From the NCBI GenBank assembly GCA_049999805.1, contig JBNGIO010005929.1, positions 82,040-134,831 on the forward strand: a stretch of DNA of 52,792 nucleotides, given 5' to 3'. The notes under the pieces were generated by a model that was not told the origin of the DNA, did no database searches, and saw only the letters and a list, made by a program, of their open reading frames with translations. The position numbers were made by a program, and so were the translations under genes. Below, piece after piece: positions 24,766 through 35,188 of this stretch (positions are counted from its first letter, which is position 1; the number at the start of each line of letters is the position of its first letter). The DNA is from Folioceros fuciformis. Lineage: Eukaryota.

Positions 24766-26406
24766 ATGTTGGTTAGACTGGTGCAGGCAGGTGGGTCGGA
24801 ATGGAGAATGCACACTGCTCGGAGATGTAAGCAACTAGCTGTGTATGTGGGAGGGGAAGGTCTTGACGCCATGGCTTCTGTTGCCCTGCCAAGGCAATTT
24901 TCAGGCGGAGTTGAGAGTGGTACTTGTGGTGGGTTGCCGGAGCTTCCAACGGCTGCTTCTCTGGCTCCGGTTGGGGCCATGGGGGCAGCAGCATCTTCCT
25001 CCGCTCGCTTTGGTGTGGACATTGGGGGAACTTTGTGCAAGGTTGTTTACTTCGAGCCGCTGAGATCCGGCCACAACGGTGGTGGGATGTATGCTGATTG
25101 CAAGTGGAGCTCCAGCGCCCAGGAAGGTCTGGATCCGGAGCATGGTAGTGCAGGAGATAGAGAGCGGGAGGCGGCATCCGCGGGGCCCGCTACGGACCTC
25201 GATGGGGTAGGGGCAGGAGGGAAGGAAGGATTCAGTGAGATGGAGAGGTCCTGGAGTGAAGGAGCCAAGATGTGGGTGTCCAATCATGATCCAGTTGTGC
25301 TGCCTGGACGGGGCACGCTCTACTTCAAGTGCTTCGAGACATGGCAGATGGAGGAGTTCTTGTGTCTCACCAAGAAGTTCTCGCTGGTGAATGGGGGAAG
25401 AGCAATTGGCGCTACTGGAGGTGGGGCCAAGAGGTTTGGAAAGCAATTTCTGGAAATTGCAGGTTTGCAGCTGCAACGAGCTGATGAATTGAAGAGTCTT
25501 GTCCGGGGAATTGATTTCCTTGCTCGGCATGCCCACTCCGAGGGGTTTGAGTATCCCACGGGCTGCTACGAGGGTGGTGTCATCCAGAAACCTCTACATG
25601 CTGCAGGGGTTAGCAGCGACAATGGCGGGGGAGACGAGGATCTTGCCGAACAGTCTACTGCAGCAGCGTTCCAGGCCGAGAGAGATGGGTTAGAGACGAG
25701 GCCATCTGCGGCAGCGAAGAAGATGAAGGTGAAGGCACCTGTGCTGATGGGACCAGTTTTGGTGAAAACAGAATGCGGTGGCGTACTTGCTGGCAACAAG
25801 GACTTGTACCCTTATCTTGTGGTGAATATTGGATCGGGAGTGAGCATGTTGCGAGTGGATTCCCCGGATAGTTTTGAGCGGGTTGGTGGCACCAGTGTGG
25901 GTGGGAGCACGTTTCTGGGACTCGCTTTGGCCCTGACAGGCTGCACCACCTTCGAGGAGGTACTTGCACTGGCTACGGAAGGGGATTCCACTGAGGTTGA
26001 CATGCTTGTAGGGGACATCTATGGTGGCGACTACTCGGAGATGGGACTCGCAGCAACAACCGTGGCCAGCTCCTTCGGAAAGCTGGTATACCCAACCAGA
26101 CGGGCCGCAGCCATGCAGTCTCCAGCCAACTTGGCTAAAGCAACTCTGCTCATGGTCACCAACAACATCGGCTCTATTGCCATGCTTCATGCTCAACCTG
26201 CTGGAGTTCGGCACGTCATGTTCACTGGCAGCTTTCTGCACAACAATGCCCTGTCGAGGCGGCTACTGTCCGTGGCCATGGGCTTCTGGTCTAAAGGCAA
26301 AATGAAGGCTATCTTCCTTCGACACGAAGGCCAAGCAGGAGCGGTGGGGGCCATGCTGAGCGCCTTAACCATTTCCGATCCTATTGACCGTCTCCTCCTG
26401 AGTTAA
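24766..26406 (+). CDS. Type II (fumble) pantothenate kinase, intronless; start codon uncertain
   Basis: Motifs GVDIGGTL, ATGGGA, DEL..LVRG, YPYLVVNIGSGVS, GGTSVGGSTFLGL, DMLVGDIYGGDY, ASSFGK and FWSKG..AIFLRHEG. Confidence 0.93.
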   Translation: MLVRLVQAGGSEWRMHTARRCKQLAVYVGGEGLDAMASVALPRQFSGGVESGTCGGLPELPTAASLAPVGAMGAAASSSARFGVDIGGTLCKVVYFEPLRSGHNGGGMYADCKWSSSAQEGLDPEHGSAGDREREAASAGPATDLDGVGAGGKEGFSEMERSWSEGAKMWVSNHDPVVLPGRGTLYFKCFETWQMEEFLCLTKKFSLVNGGRAIGATGGGAKRFGKQFLEIAGLQLQRADELKSLVRGIDFLARHAHSEGFEYPTGCYEGGVIQKPLHAAGVSSDNGGGDEDLAEQSTAAAFQAERDGLETRPSAAAKKMKVKAPVLMGPVLVKTECGGVLAGNKDLYPYLVVNIGSGVSMLRVDSPDSFERVGGTSVGGSTFLGLALALTGCTTFEEVLALATEGDSTEVDMLVGDIYGGDYSEMGLAATTVASSFGKLVYPTRRAAAMQSPANLAKATLLMVTNNIGSIAMLHAQPAGVRHVMFTGSFLHNNALSRRLLSVAMGFWSKGKMKAIFLRHEGQAGAVGAMLSALTISDPIDRLLLS

Positions 26407-26683
26407 CAGCTGCACTCGTCAAAAGTACATCGACAGAGCCGGACGTCAGGTTTGCGAAGTACACCTCTGGCCTGCCACCAGCCAGGAGACGCGATTCTAT
26501 GTCCCTTTTAGACTGACTAACTGTAACCAGGTAGATAGATTCTTTGCGCAGCTCAAGCTGCGCAGCATTTTGGAACCCAGCCACCATATGCACATAGCTC
26601 CTTCATTTCATCGGCTGGAGTGTATTTGGAAGATGGATGCTATTTGAGAACACTTTGTTCTCTCAAGTGAGGAAGTGATGCAT

Positions 26684-28722
26684 TCACATCTTTTGTTCAG
26701 ACGCTCCCTTGCAAAGAATGGGATTTCTGGCAATGACATCGGGGCAACCGGATTGTCTCCTCCTGTTGCAGCAGGAGGATTCAGGCTCGTCAAGAGAGCT
26801 CATGTCGAGCTGGAAGAACGGTCTGCAACACAGAAACCGAGACAATTACTTGGGGTTGGGATACATGAAGACTGCGATAGAATGATGGAAGACGGGTAAG
26901 AATGTGTTGGAGCATGCCTGTTATATGCAGGGGTGATTTGTCCTTCCTCATCTACTGTTGCCCAGCTGAAGAGGACCTTGTTATCAGTAAAATCATACAG
27001 CGCGGTGTGCATTTCCCCGGTTTGCTGCAAAGAGATCATCTCGATCATAGCCTTTCCATCCAGAGCACCGTAGTATCTTGTGACGAGGGAATCCATACAG
27101 CCGTCCTGAGAGGGTTGGACGTACTTGTCCACGAACACCACTCCTGGAACATCATCTCCGGGAACCGGAGATGTCAGCTGCAGTTTTGACAAAATGTGGA
27201 GCATTACCAAGGCTGCTTGAGAATCAATGGGAAGGATAGCAGTGGCAGAAGAATATATAGTAGTACTCACTCACCATCGTAAAGTTGCTGTCGTCATAGT
27301 AGACCAAAGGGTCCGGTGAGTAGCCGACAAGATAGAACCGGTTGTCTACAGCCGACCCAATGCCTACCAGGATGGGACATGTCCTAGAAGTATGTTCCAA
27401 ATACTGCTGCGCTTCAGAGATGGTCTTGGTAAATTGAAGAACATCTCGAAGTACAAAATGCCATGGCATTCCTGCCTTGTTGCTGGAACCGTCGTATCCG
27501 AGCCATACCTGTGAAAGAACCCAGCTCGTTAATCTCTGTCTTTGAGCGTCGCTTACAGGCCGAGGGAGGGAGGAAGGAAGGAAAGATGAGATTGAGATTC
27601 TCCAACCACCTTTTCGGATATGCCTAGATTTCCTGAGTAGCATGTCACGCAGCCGATGAATCCAGCCCATGTAAACAGAGCGAATGCATTGCCGTCCACC
27701 GGGTGGTACACAACAACTGCATGAGACTTCAGAATCGGAGCCTCCATGTCCCAATCCAGTGCACGCATTTGATGCAGACTGCCTAGTGCCAGACATGTCT
27801 TGACAAGTCATTGAGGAGGGCAATTCCGACGCCGCTGCATGAAATCAACCCCACGAACCATAGCTTGTTCTACCTTGTCTGGAAGCAGCCAGGGTGGCCG
27901 GGCCCCACGATCCCAGCATGGAGCACGAAGCCTGCATATATTCAGGGATCATTTGAATGCGTACCACATCCCAGTAATACACTTCTGCGCCACTTGCAAG
28001 CCCCGTCATTTCATCTATGAAACCTGAACCACCCACCGATCAAGAAACAGTTAGAGGGACTTCTTTTGCAGTTGGAAAGACTGGGATCCCAGTAAGCCAT
28101 CATCGCTGGAGAGGCTAACGCACCCTTCCAGGCAAGGAGAAGGGTGCAGAGGACTCGCCACATTACGTGAGGGTATGTACATCCATGTGAGCAGATAAGT
28201 GGTATCCAGTGCAGCATTCACTGCCACCCTTGCTATTGCTCTGGCAATCACATCTGGAAGAAATGACAGATGTAGGCTGCCGATCATTTTATCCTCCAAA
28301 TATCTGCATCATGAAGGAAAACAGCAGAGCACAAGAAGACAACGCTGTCAGAAACAGAAATGTTCTCGACCAGATCCTAGTCGCTGCTGGGAGGAACAAC
28401 TCAAACGCAAATGCAGTTGCCATTACGTGAAAAACTTGGAGTACATCTCCTGAATCTCCACTTTCAACAAAGTCCCATGCGCCCGGCCCAGCTCAAAAGG
28501 CGATCCGTACACATGAACCAGAGGCAGCGAATCCTCCAAGCGCTCAATCTGATACCGCTTCCCAAAAGGATCCTCAACCACAAGCTTGGGCTCCACCTCC
28601 AAAACTTCCGCCTCGTTCACACTTCCGGGACACACATCCTCCTCCGCGCTCACCCGCCCAACAGAATCTAGACCCATAACCAGACTCAAAACCAGAACCC
28701 AAAAGAACACGCTCTTCCCCAT
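26684..28722 (-). CDS. Secreted Ntn-hydrolase, Dcd1/acid-ceramidase-like (C45/C89-related), multi-exon
   Basis: Signal peptide MGKSVFFWVLVLSLVMG. Motifs VHVYGSPFELGRAHG, putative nucleophile in ASCSMLGSWG, QMRALDWD, WAGFIG, GISE, PWHFVLRDVLQF, QTGEMH..YD and AYNRPFFQLDM. Confidence 0.75.
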
Positions 28723-29188
28723 CACAACTTCCTCCTCTCCAAGAACCAAGCACCGGATCCTGCCACACTACAGCCAGCCAACACAGCCGCATCGGAATCG
28801 TGATACCAAGACAGACGCGACCCTGGAATCAGCCCAGGAAGGAATGCAGTGTACCAAAATGGAAGTTGCACCTAGAAAAACCGACCCACGGAAAGACGTC
28901 AGACATATATGGTAACCACGTGGTAGGCCTGCGGAAAATCGGGATCGCGTTCTCGAGAGGGTGAACCCAACAACCCAACTGTAGGCTGCCATCCTGGGTC
29001 TGGCGCGAATCGTGACGTGGGTGACCTGCCGGGTCAGAACCAAATCCCTCCTGTCCGACTGTCCTGTCCTAGCTTCCCGTCTCCTGCCAGCCCTGGACCG
29101 CAAGATGAATTGAGGAAGCTTAAGACTGGATGGACCAGCACATGAGGCCTCTGTGAGAGAGTCCCTTGTTGGGTTGTGCGTGGAAGCG

Positions 29189-30042
29189 ATGGCGGGTGGG
29201 CTGATTGTGGAGGATGGCAGAGATGGGAAGGAAATTAGCACGGTGTTGGTGCAGATAGCTATGGAGACAGAGGCGGAGCCGCTGGTGCAGGCTCTGGGGC
29301 TGAAGAAGGTGACACCACTGCCTTTCCCCCACCCGAGCTCCTGGATCCTCTACTCCGGGGAGAGGGAGGGAGTGGCGGTCCACGTGGTGGTGCCCGGCAA
29401 GGACGCTTACCACCAGGTGGACCAGGTGGGCACCGTGGCAGCATCTCTCCTAACCTACGCTTCCTTGCAAGCCTTGAAGCCGGACCTCCTCATCAACGCC
29501 GGCACAGCGGGGGGTTTCAGGGCGCACGGCGCCGNNNNNNNNNNNNNNNNNNNNNNNNNNNNNNNNNNNNNNNNNNNNNNNNNNNNNNNNNNNNNNNNNN
29601 NNNNNNNNNNNNNNNNNNNNNNNNNNNNNNNNNNGCCTCCCAGGCGGGCTTCCATGACCGCAGAATCCCGTTGCCCGGGTTCCAGGCCTACGGGGTGGGC
29701 AAGATTGTGACTCCCGGGACGGTCAATCTGGTGAAGTCCTTGGGATTGAAGGTGGGGGTCTTGTCTACAGGGAATTCCCTTGACATGAGCTCGGAGGACT
29801 ACGAAGTGATTAAGGCTCAGGGGGCTGCCATCAAGGACATGGAGGGGGCGGCTGTTGCCCATACTGCATCCCTGTTGCAGGTGCCCTACATCCTGTTGAA
29901 GGCTGTAACGGATGTTGTGGATGGGGATAGGCCCACGACTGAGGAGTTTTTGGAGAATTTGTCTGTAGCAGCTGAAGCATTGTTGAGGGTCTCTGTTAAG
30001 ATCTTGGACTTTGTGTCAGGAAGGCGGGTGGCTGAGTTGTGA
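29189..30042 (+). CDS. MTN: 5'-methylthioadenosine/S-adenosylhomocysteine nucleosidase; assembly gap inside
   Basis: Motifs IAMETEAEPLV, VDQVGTVAASL, PDLLINAGTAGGF, LSTGNSLD, KDMEGAAVA and KAVTDVVDGDRPTTEEFLENL. Confidence 0.93.
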
Positions 30043-30304
30043 CATCACAAATTCCTGGATTCAGGGTGCAGTTGTAGGGAGGTTCGGTGAAGAAGTGCCT
30101 ACCATTCTCTGCAATCTTGCAATGCAGAGGGCCTTCTGTTGCCTGCTTCCCGCTATTTATCTTCTGTTGTGTGTAACAGGGCAATCAGCCCATGTTTTCA
30201 TGGATTGGACTCCATAGAGTCTCCATGTGAATTTGTATCTACAGCAGGCTGCAAATAGTCTTTATGTATGAATCACAAACTGTGAACATGCTAACTTACA
30301 TCCT

Positions 30305-32253
30305 TCATGTGTGGAGCCTTTCTTGGAAGGAAGACAGGTCGATTTCCTGAGGACCTACCCGCTGCCTGGGGCAGGATTTGAAGTTGGGGCTGAAGTTGTA
30401 AACTTCGGACTGTCTTGTCACACCGAAGTCTGTGGGACTGTTTTGAAACCCTGCTGAATCTGATGATACCTCGTGGTAATCTAGGTTGTTGATCTTCTGG
30501 GCGACTGGAACTGGGTCGCAGCTCAGGTAAGTGGGAGTGTTCTTGTCGATGGGATCGACAAGGGTGAGCGAAACCTGGTTGTTGGTGGGGAGCCCGCTGC
30601 AGGCTCCGGTACGATCTGCAGGGGCACTGCCGCTGGGGTTGCAGTAGATGCCTGACACGGCTCTTTCAGAGCACAGGTTGTTCATCCAGGGGTATCTCTG
30701 CAACCACAAACACGGGTGTACGTGGAGTGCTTGATCAGCATCGCTCTCATCTTGTCACCCTCTCTGGCGGATGAAAGCTTGAACTTGAATCGATCGAATC
30801 CTACCTGAGAGTACTCTGCAGAAGAGTAACTCTGAATCCTTTGCTGCTCCCAGAAGGATCCGGGATCCTGGTCGCAGTTGTTAATGTCGTAGTTCTGGCA
30901 GCTGATCCATCCCGCCAGGCCTTGAGACTGGGAAACGATCAAGCTGGACACGGTGTTGCTGTGTCCCGTGTTGAGCTTCAGTCCGTTAACGTTGTTGTGA
31001 CACACGCCTCCCTCGATGGTGATGCCCGAGCTGGCCCAGTCCAGATAGAGGCAGTGCTCGCCTCCTTCCACATAATTGCAGGACAGATAGTTCCCCGGAT
31101 TGATCCAGTGGGTGGCAAAGTAGATCCCTGTACAACTCACCCACCGCACATCTCAGATCCCACTCCGAAAATTCGACATCTCGCTAGCCAACAACGATGT
31201 ACCCGACTTGCCTGAATTATCCGACAGTTTGTAATCTTGCGGATCTGTGTGGATGTAGTTGTAGGACATGGTATTCAGCATGCAGTCTCCAACATTGTGC
31301 TGACCAAGCCCACACCTGATGGCAGAGAACCCGAAGTCATGGAAGTCGTTGTTGGTGATGGACACACCAACAGCTCCCTGGTAAAGCCAAACTCCCACAG
31401 GGGCCCCAGAAATCTCAGAGTTGGTGACGCTGGTCATGCATTTCCTGAGACGAGGTCCATCCCCGCACATGGCAACATTCACATTAGAAGTGTCCTTTAT
31501 GGTGGACGTGAGCTTCATGCCATCAAGGCTGGATCGCTCAGCCTGAAACATGTCCACACGCCCATCCACAGAGCCCTGCACCAGCATCACGTTTTCCGAC
31601 TTGAATATCACGACTGCCGGGCACACACTGTCGCCATTGTCTGATTGGTACGGCAGCCCCTTGCAGTTAGGAGAGTTGTCGTTCACGCCGTTGGTGAAAT
31701 CCACTCGGCTGATGAGGATGTTGGAAGCTCCCTGCAGCCCAGTTCCACACACACACACAATATCAATGAACGAGTTTAGCTCGCCTTCGATCTCCCTGAC
31801 GAACTCCTTGCATGGAGACTGGTCTTTACTTACCTGGACCGTGAGAGCGGGGCTGTTGTCGGAGGAGGAGATGGTGTAGACAGGTCCATTGTCAGCGGAT
31901 TTCAGAACAGTGCACGAGTAAGCATCCGTGAGGAGCAGGCCTAGCCCAGCCGGCTCCCGACTGGATGAAAACCCATTGTGAAGAACCAAAGTTACAGTCT
32001 CCGTGTTGGGGTGATCTTCACGTGTCTTCACATCCTGAATGCTCCTCACCTGGATCACCACTCCCCCATGCTGGCAGCCTCCAGCTGCCCCAGCGTACAG
32101 GAGTGACACACATGAGAAGGCACGAAGTCTGCTTTCACGACCCGGACGTTGCAACACGCAATGCCTGCTGCAGCACTCACCATGCACCAATACTAGCGTT
32201 GTTGCCAGGAGCAAGCTCCTGACCACATTGTCGATGAAACTGCTTCCCCGCAT
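30305..32253 (-). CDS. Secreted Cys-rich right-handed parallel beta-helix (pectin-lyase-fold) protein, multi-exon
   Basis: N-terminal hydrophobic signal. PbH-type strands VTNSEISG, VSITNNDFHD, DNSGIYF, CLYLDWASSGITIEG and GLKLNTGHSNTV. Spliceable exons, with 5' exon boundaries approximate. Confidence 0.65.
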
Positions 32254-33710
32254 CTGTGACAGCCTTCTCAACGACCCTTCACAATCCTCAGAATTTGCAG
32301 CCTCTGTAGTATGCTAGCCTCATGGACACTGTGACACAGGTCTTCCACACAGGAGCCAACGCTGCCACTGATGACAATCACGGCTTGCCCTTGCAAATCA
32401 GCTCCTGACAGAAGTCTAGCTGATAACAGCACAGCAAAACAGAGTGAACGCAGAAGCTCGAGGAAGATGGCAAGGACTCTGGGGATGGGAGTGTGTGGAA
32501 GGTGTGGCTGTTAAATCCTCTGAGTCTTTCAGGACATGGTCGTGACCTCCATTGAATGCCAGAGTACCCATACGGCAGTTGACAGTTATGTGTTACCCCA
32601 TCCCAGCCCCAAATTCTATGGCGACCTCTCAGCCTCTGCATTCCACACTCCGTTGTACGAAGTATGTGTATCTTCCTGCATCCACATCACACACACACAC
32701 CCAGGTCCATACGTACTCCATATCTAACAACTTCTACCAACATCATCTAATGACCCAGCCTGCATGTACTGCACCATATTAAAGCCATTAGCACCCACTA
32801 ACACGCGAACACTTACCTACTCCACCATCTCACGAGAGCAAGATCTCGATGATGCACGGATGAACGGAAGAGGCATAGAGCCAGCAGGTGAAGGAAATGG
32901 GACCCATTACAGTCTCCCAAAAAGAGGAGAGGCTACCCACATCTCCATGTCTCCAAATTACCAAGGCTGCTTGCAAATGCACATCAGCTGCCATCTACAA
33001 ACATCGATGATCCCAGCTCACAAAGCAGCTGACGCCAGGCAACACATGAAGCTTGGGCTGAGGGTGACCGTAGCTGGAGCTCATGTCAGATGACATGGTA
33101 AAGAGGGCCCTACCAAGGCCTGCACAGTCCACGTCCAAACAGCCAGGCCTGTTTACTGCCAGTTATTATTGGCCTGGCCATGGGCTGCGAATGGGAAGCT
33201 GGTGTCAGAGACTGTAACCTACCAGAGGCATGTGCAGCCCACCTACGGGTCGCCGTCCGCGGCATGTTACAGCTACCGGTACGCGACTGCACCGGGATAC
33301 GTACGCGGCTAGATGTATGTACGTAAGTACATACATACGACACATCGGGCCCGGAGACGAGCCGGCCAGAGACTTATTATCACCGACTTTTTTAGGTCGA
33401 GCGGAGTGGGGAGATGACGTGAGCAGAACGCGGTGGGAGAAGCCCGTACCGGGCCGGCTGCATGTGCAAGAAGACCTGTCACAGGAGCAACTGCGATGGT
33501 GGCCAGGGCGGACTGCGATGCCAAGGATGCGCGCATGGAGCGCCAAGAAACCCTACCGGGCCCTGGCGTGGCTATGGCGGGAAAGCTCTGCGCTGGCGTT
33601 GGGCTTTGATTGAGACTGGCTGCGCTGGGAGCGGGACGGAGACAGCCGAGAGCTTCTGGAGGTCAGGACAGGGAGGGAGAGGACGGGGCAGGACAGGGCA
33701 AGTGGAAGTC

Positions 33711-33755
33711 TGGTCAGGTCAGGTCAGGTCAGGGCTGGCCAGGCCAGGCCAGGCT
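33711..33755 (+). repeat. (GGTCA)n/(GGCCA)n pentamer microsatellite
   Basis: Visible tandem 5-mers upstream of the Myb/SANT gene. Confidence 0.7.
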
Positions 33756-34106
33756 ATGGCACGGCTGGAGGGGACGGGACTGTGGAGGGAGATGAGCAGA
33801 TTTGTTTACAGGCCTCCATCTGCGTGATTCCTGCTCTGTGATGTGCTGTCAGTCAGTCAGTGCTTGCTCTCTTTGCGGGGAGATGCGGAATTGGCAGTCC
33901 AGAATTTATGTGAGGAACGTAGAAGGATTGTGGATTCCGAGGTTAATGAGAGCCAGAATGTGGATGTCCGGGATCGTGTTTGCTGGTTGAGTGTGCGAAT
34001 GATGTCAGGTGGACGAGCTCAGACCAGAGTGAAGTACTTGTAGGAGGTAGTTTGAATTGAAGAAGAAGAGGGAGTGGGATCTGGAGTCGGAGAGTTTGTT
34101 TGGGAG

Positions 34107-35137
34107 ATGGATTCGGCACAGGTGGTGGTGTCCGGTGCCGGTTCCGGGGTGTCCAGTCTCGGCAATGGGCAGTTGCAGCCGGGTTTGATCGCGGAGGAGC
34201 ATCCGACGCTGGGGCTCGGGTTGCAGCAGCGGGTGCTGGTGCAGGCCCAGCATACCCAGCACACGACGAAGAGGAAGGCTTCGAGGGCGGATGATGTTCA
34301 GGTATTTTGTTTCGTGACGCGGACGAGTAGAGTGTGGCTTGTGTGGGATGTTGGTTGCTTGAATGTATTCGTGTGTGAGGGCGCGCGCGCGGGTGCAAAC
34401 TGGTCGGAGGTTGAGGAGGTTGATTTTTGGTGTCGATGGGTGAGTTGGGGCAGTGGGGGGAGGTGGCCACCAACTTCTTCATCGATGCGTTCGAGGAGCG
34501 GTACGTAGAGATCAACAGAGGGAATTTTAGAGGAAAGGATTGGGAAAATCTGGCTACTCTGGTGAGCGCCAGGTTCGCTGGGGAGGGAAAGAGCTTCTCC
34601 GCTTTCCAGTGTAAGCATAAGTTGGAGAATTTGAAGAAGAAGTACAGGAGGGAGAAGGCGGCGATGATGGCGGCGGGGACCGTGAGCTCGGGGTGGCAGT
34701 GGTACAACAGGATGAATCACCTTTTCGGGCACGCGCCAGCCAAGGTGTCGGGCATAGCGGGAGCTGTGGACAACGGAGATCAAGAGGAGGTTGAGAGGCC
34801 TAGGAAGGATGAGCTGATGATGGACAGGTTGACGGATGCAATGGATATGCAGCGCCCGGACGAGCCTGACGAAGGGACCAAGGCCCAGTCGCAGGGAGAT
34901 GAGCCTGAGATGTGTGAAGCAACCCCCGAGGGAAGCCCTGGGGCGGCCGGGAAGAGGGCTGTTAAGAAGAAGAAACGAAGGAGCTCCATGTTTAACCCTG
35001 CCAAGGACTTGGCTGCCAGCTTCAGGGAATACGCGCAGACAATGGCTGAAGTGGAAAGGGAGAAAATGCAGATTTTGCGGGCCCTCCTGGCCCATCACAA
35101 CATCATCGTTCAACCCAGCACGAACTCAGAATCTTGA
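34107..35137 (+). CDS. Myb/SANT-like (trihelix-type) DNA-binding protein, PIF/Harbinger ORF1-type, 2 exons
   Basis: Exon 1 34107-34301, phase-0 intron to 34453. Motifs W..ATNFFIDAFEE..RGNFRGKDWENLA..QCKHKLENLKKKYRREK..WQWYNRM. C-terminal coiled coil. Confidence 0.85.
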
Positions 35138-35188
35138 CAAAGTGGGTGCCCAGGCAGCGCTGGTCCGGTTCGCGTTAACCTAGATCCT

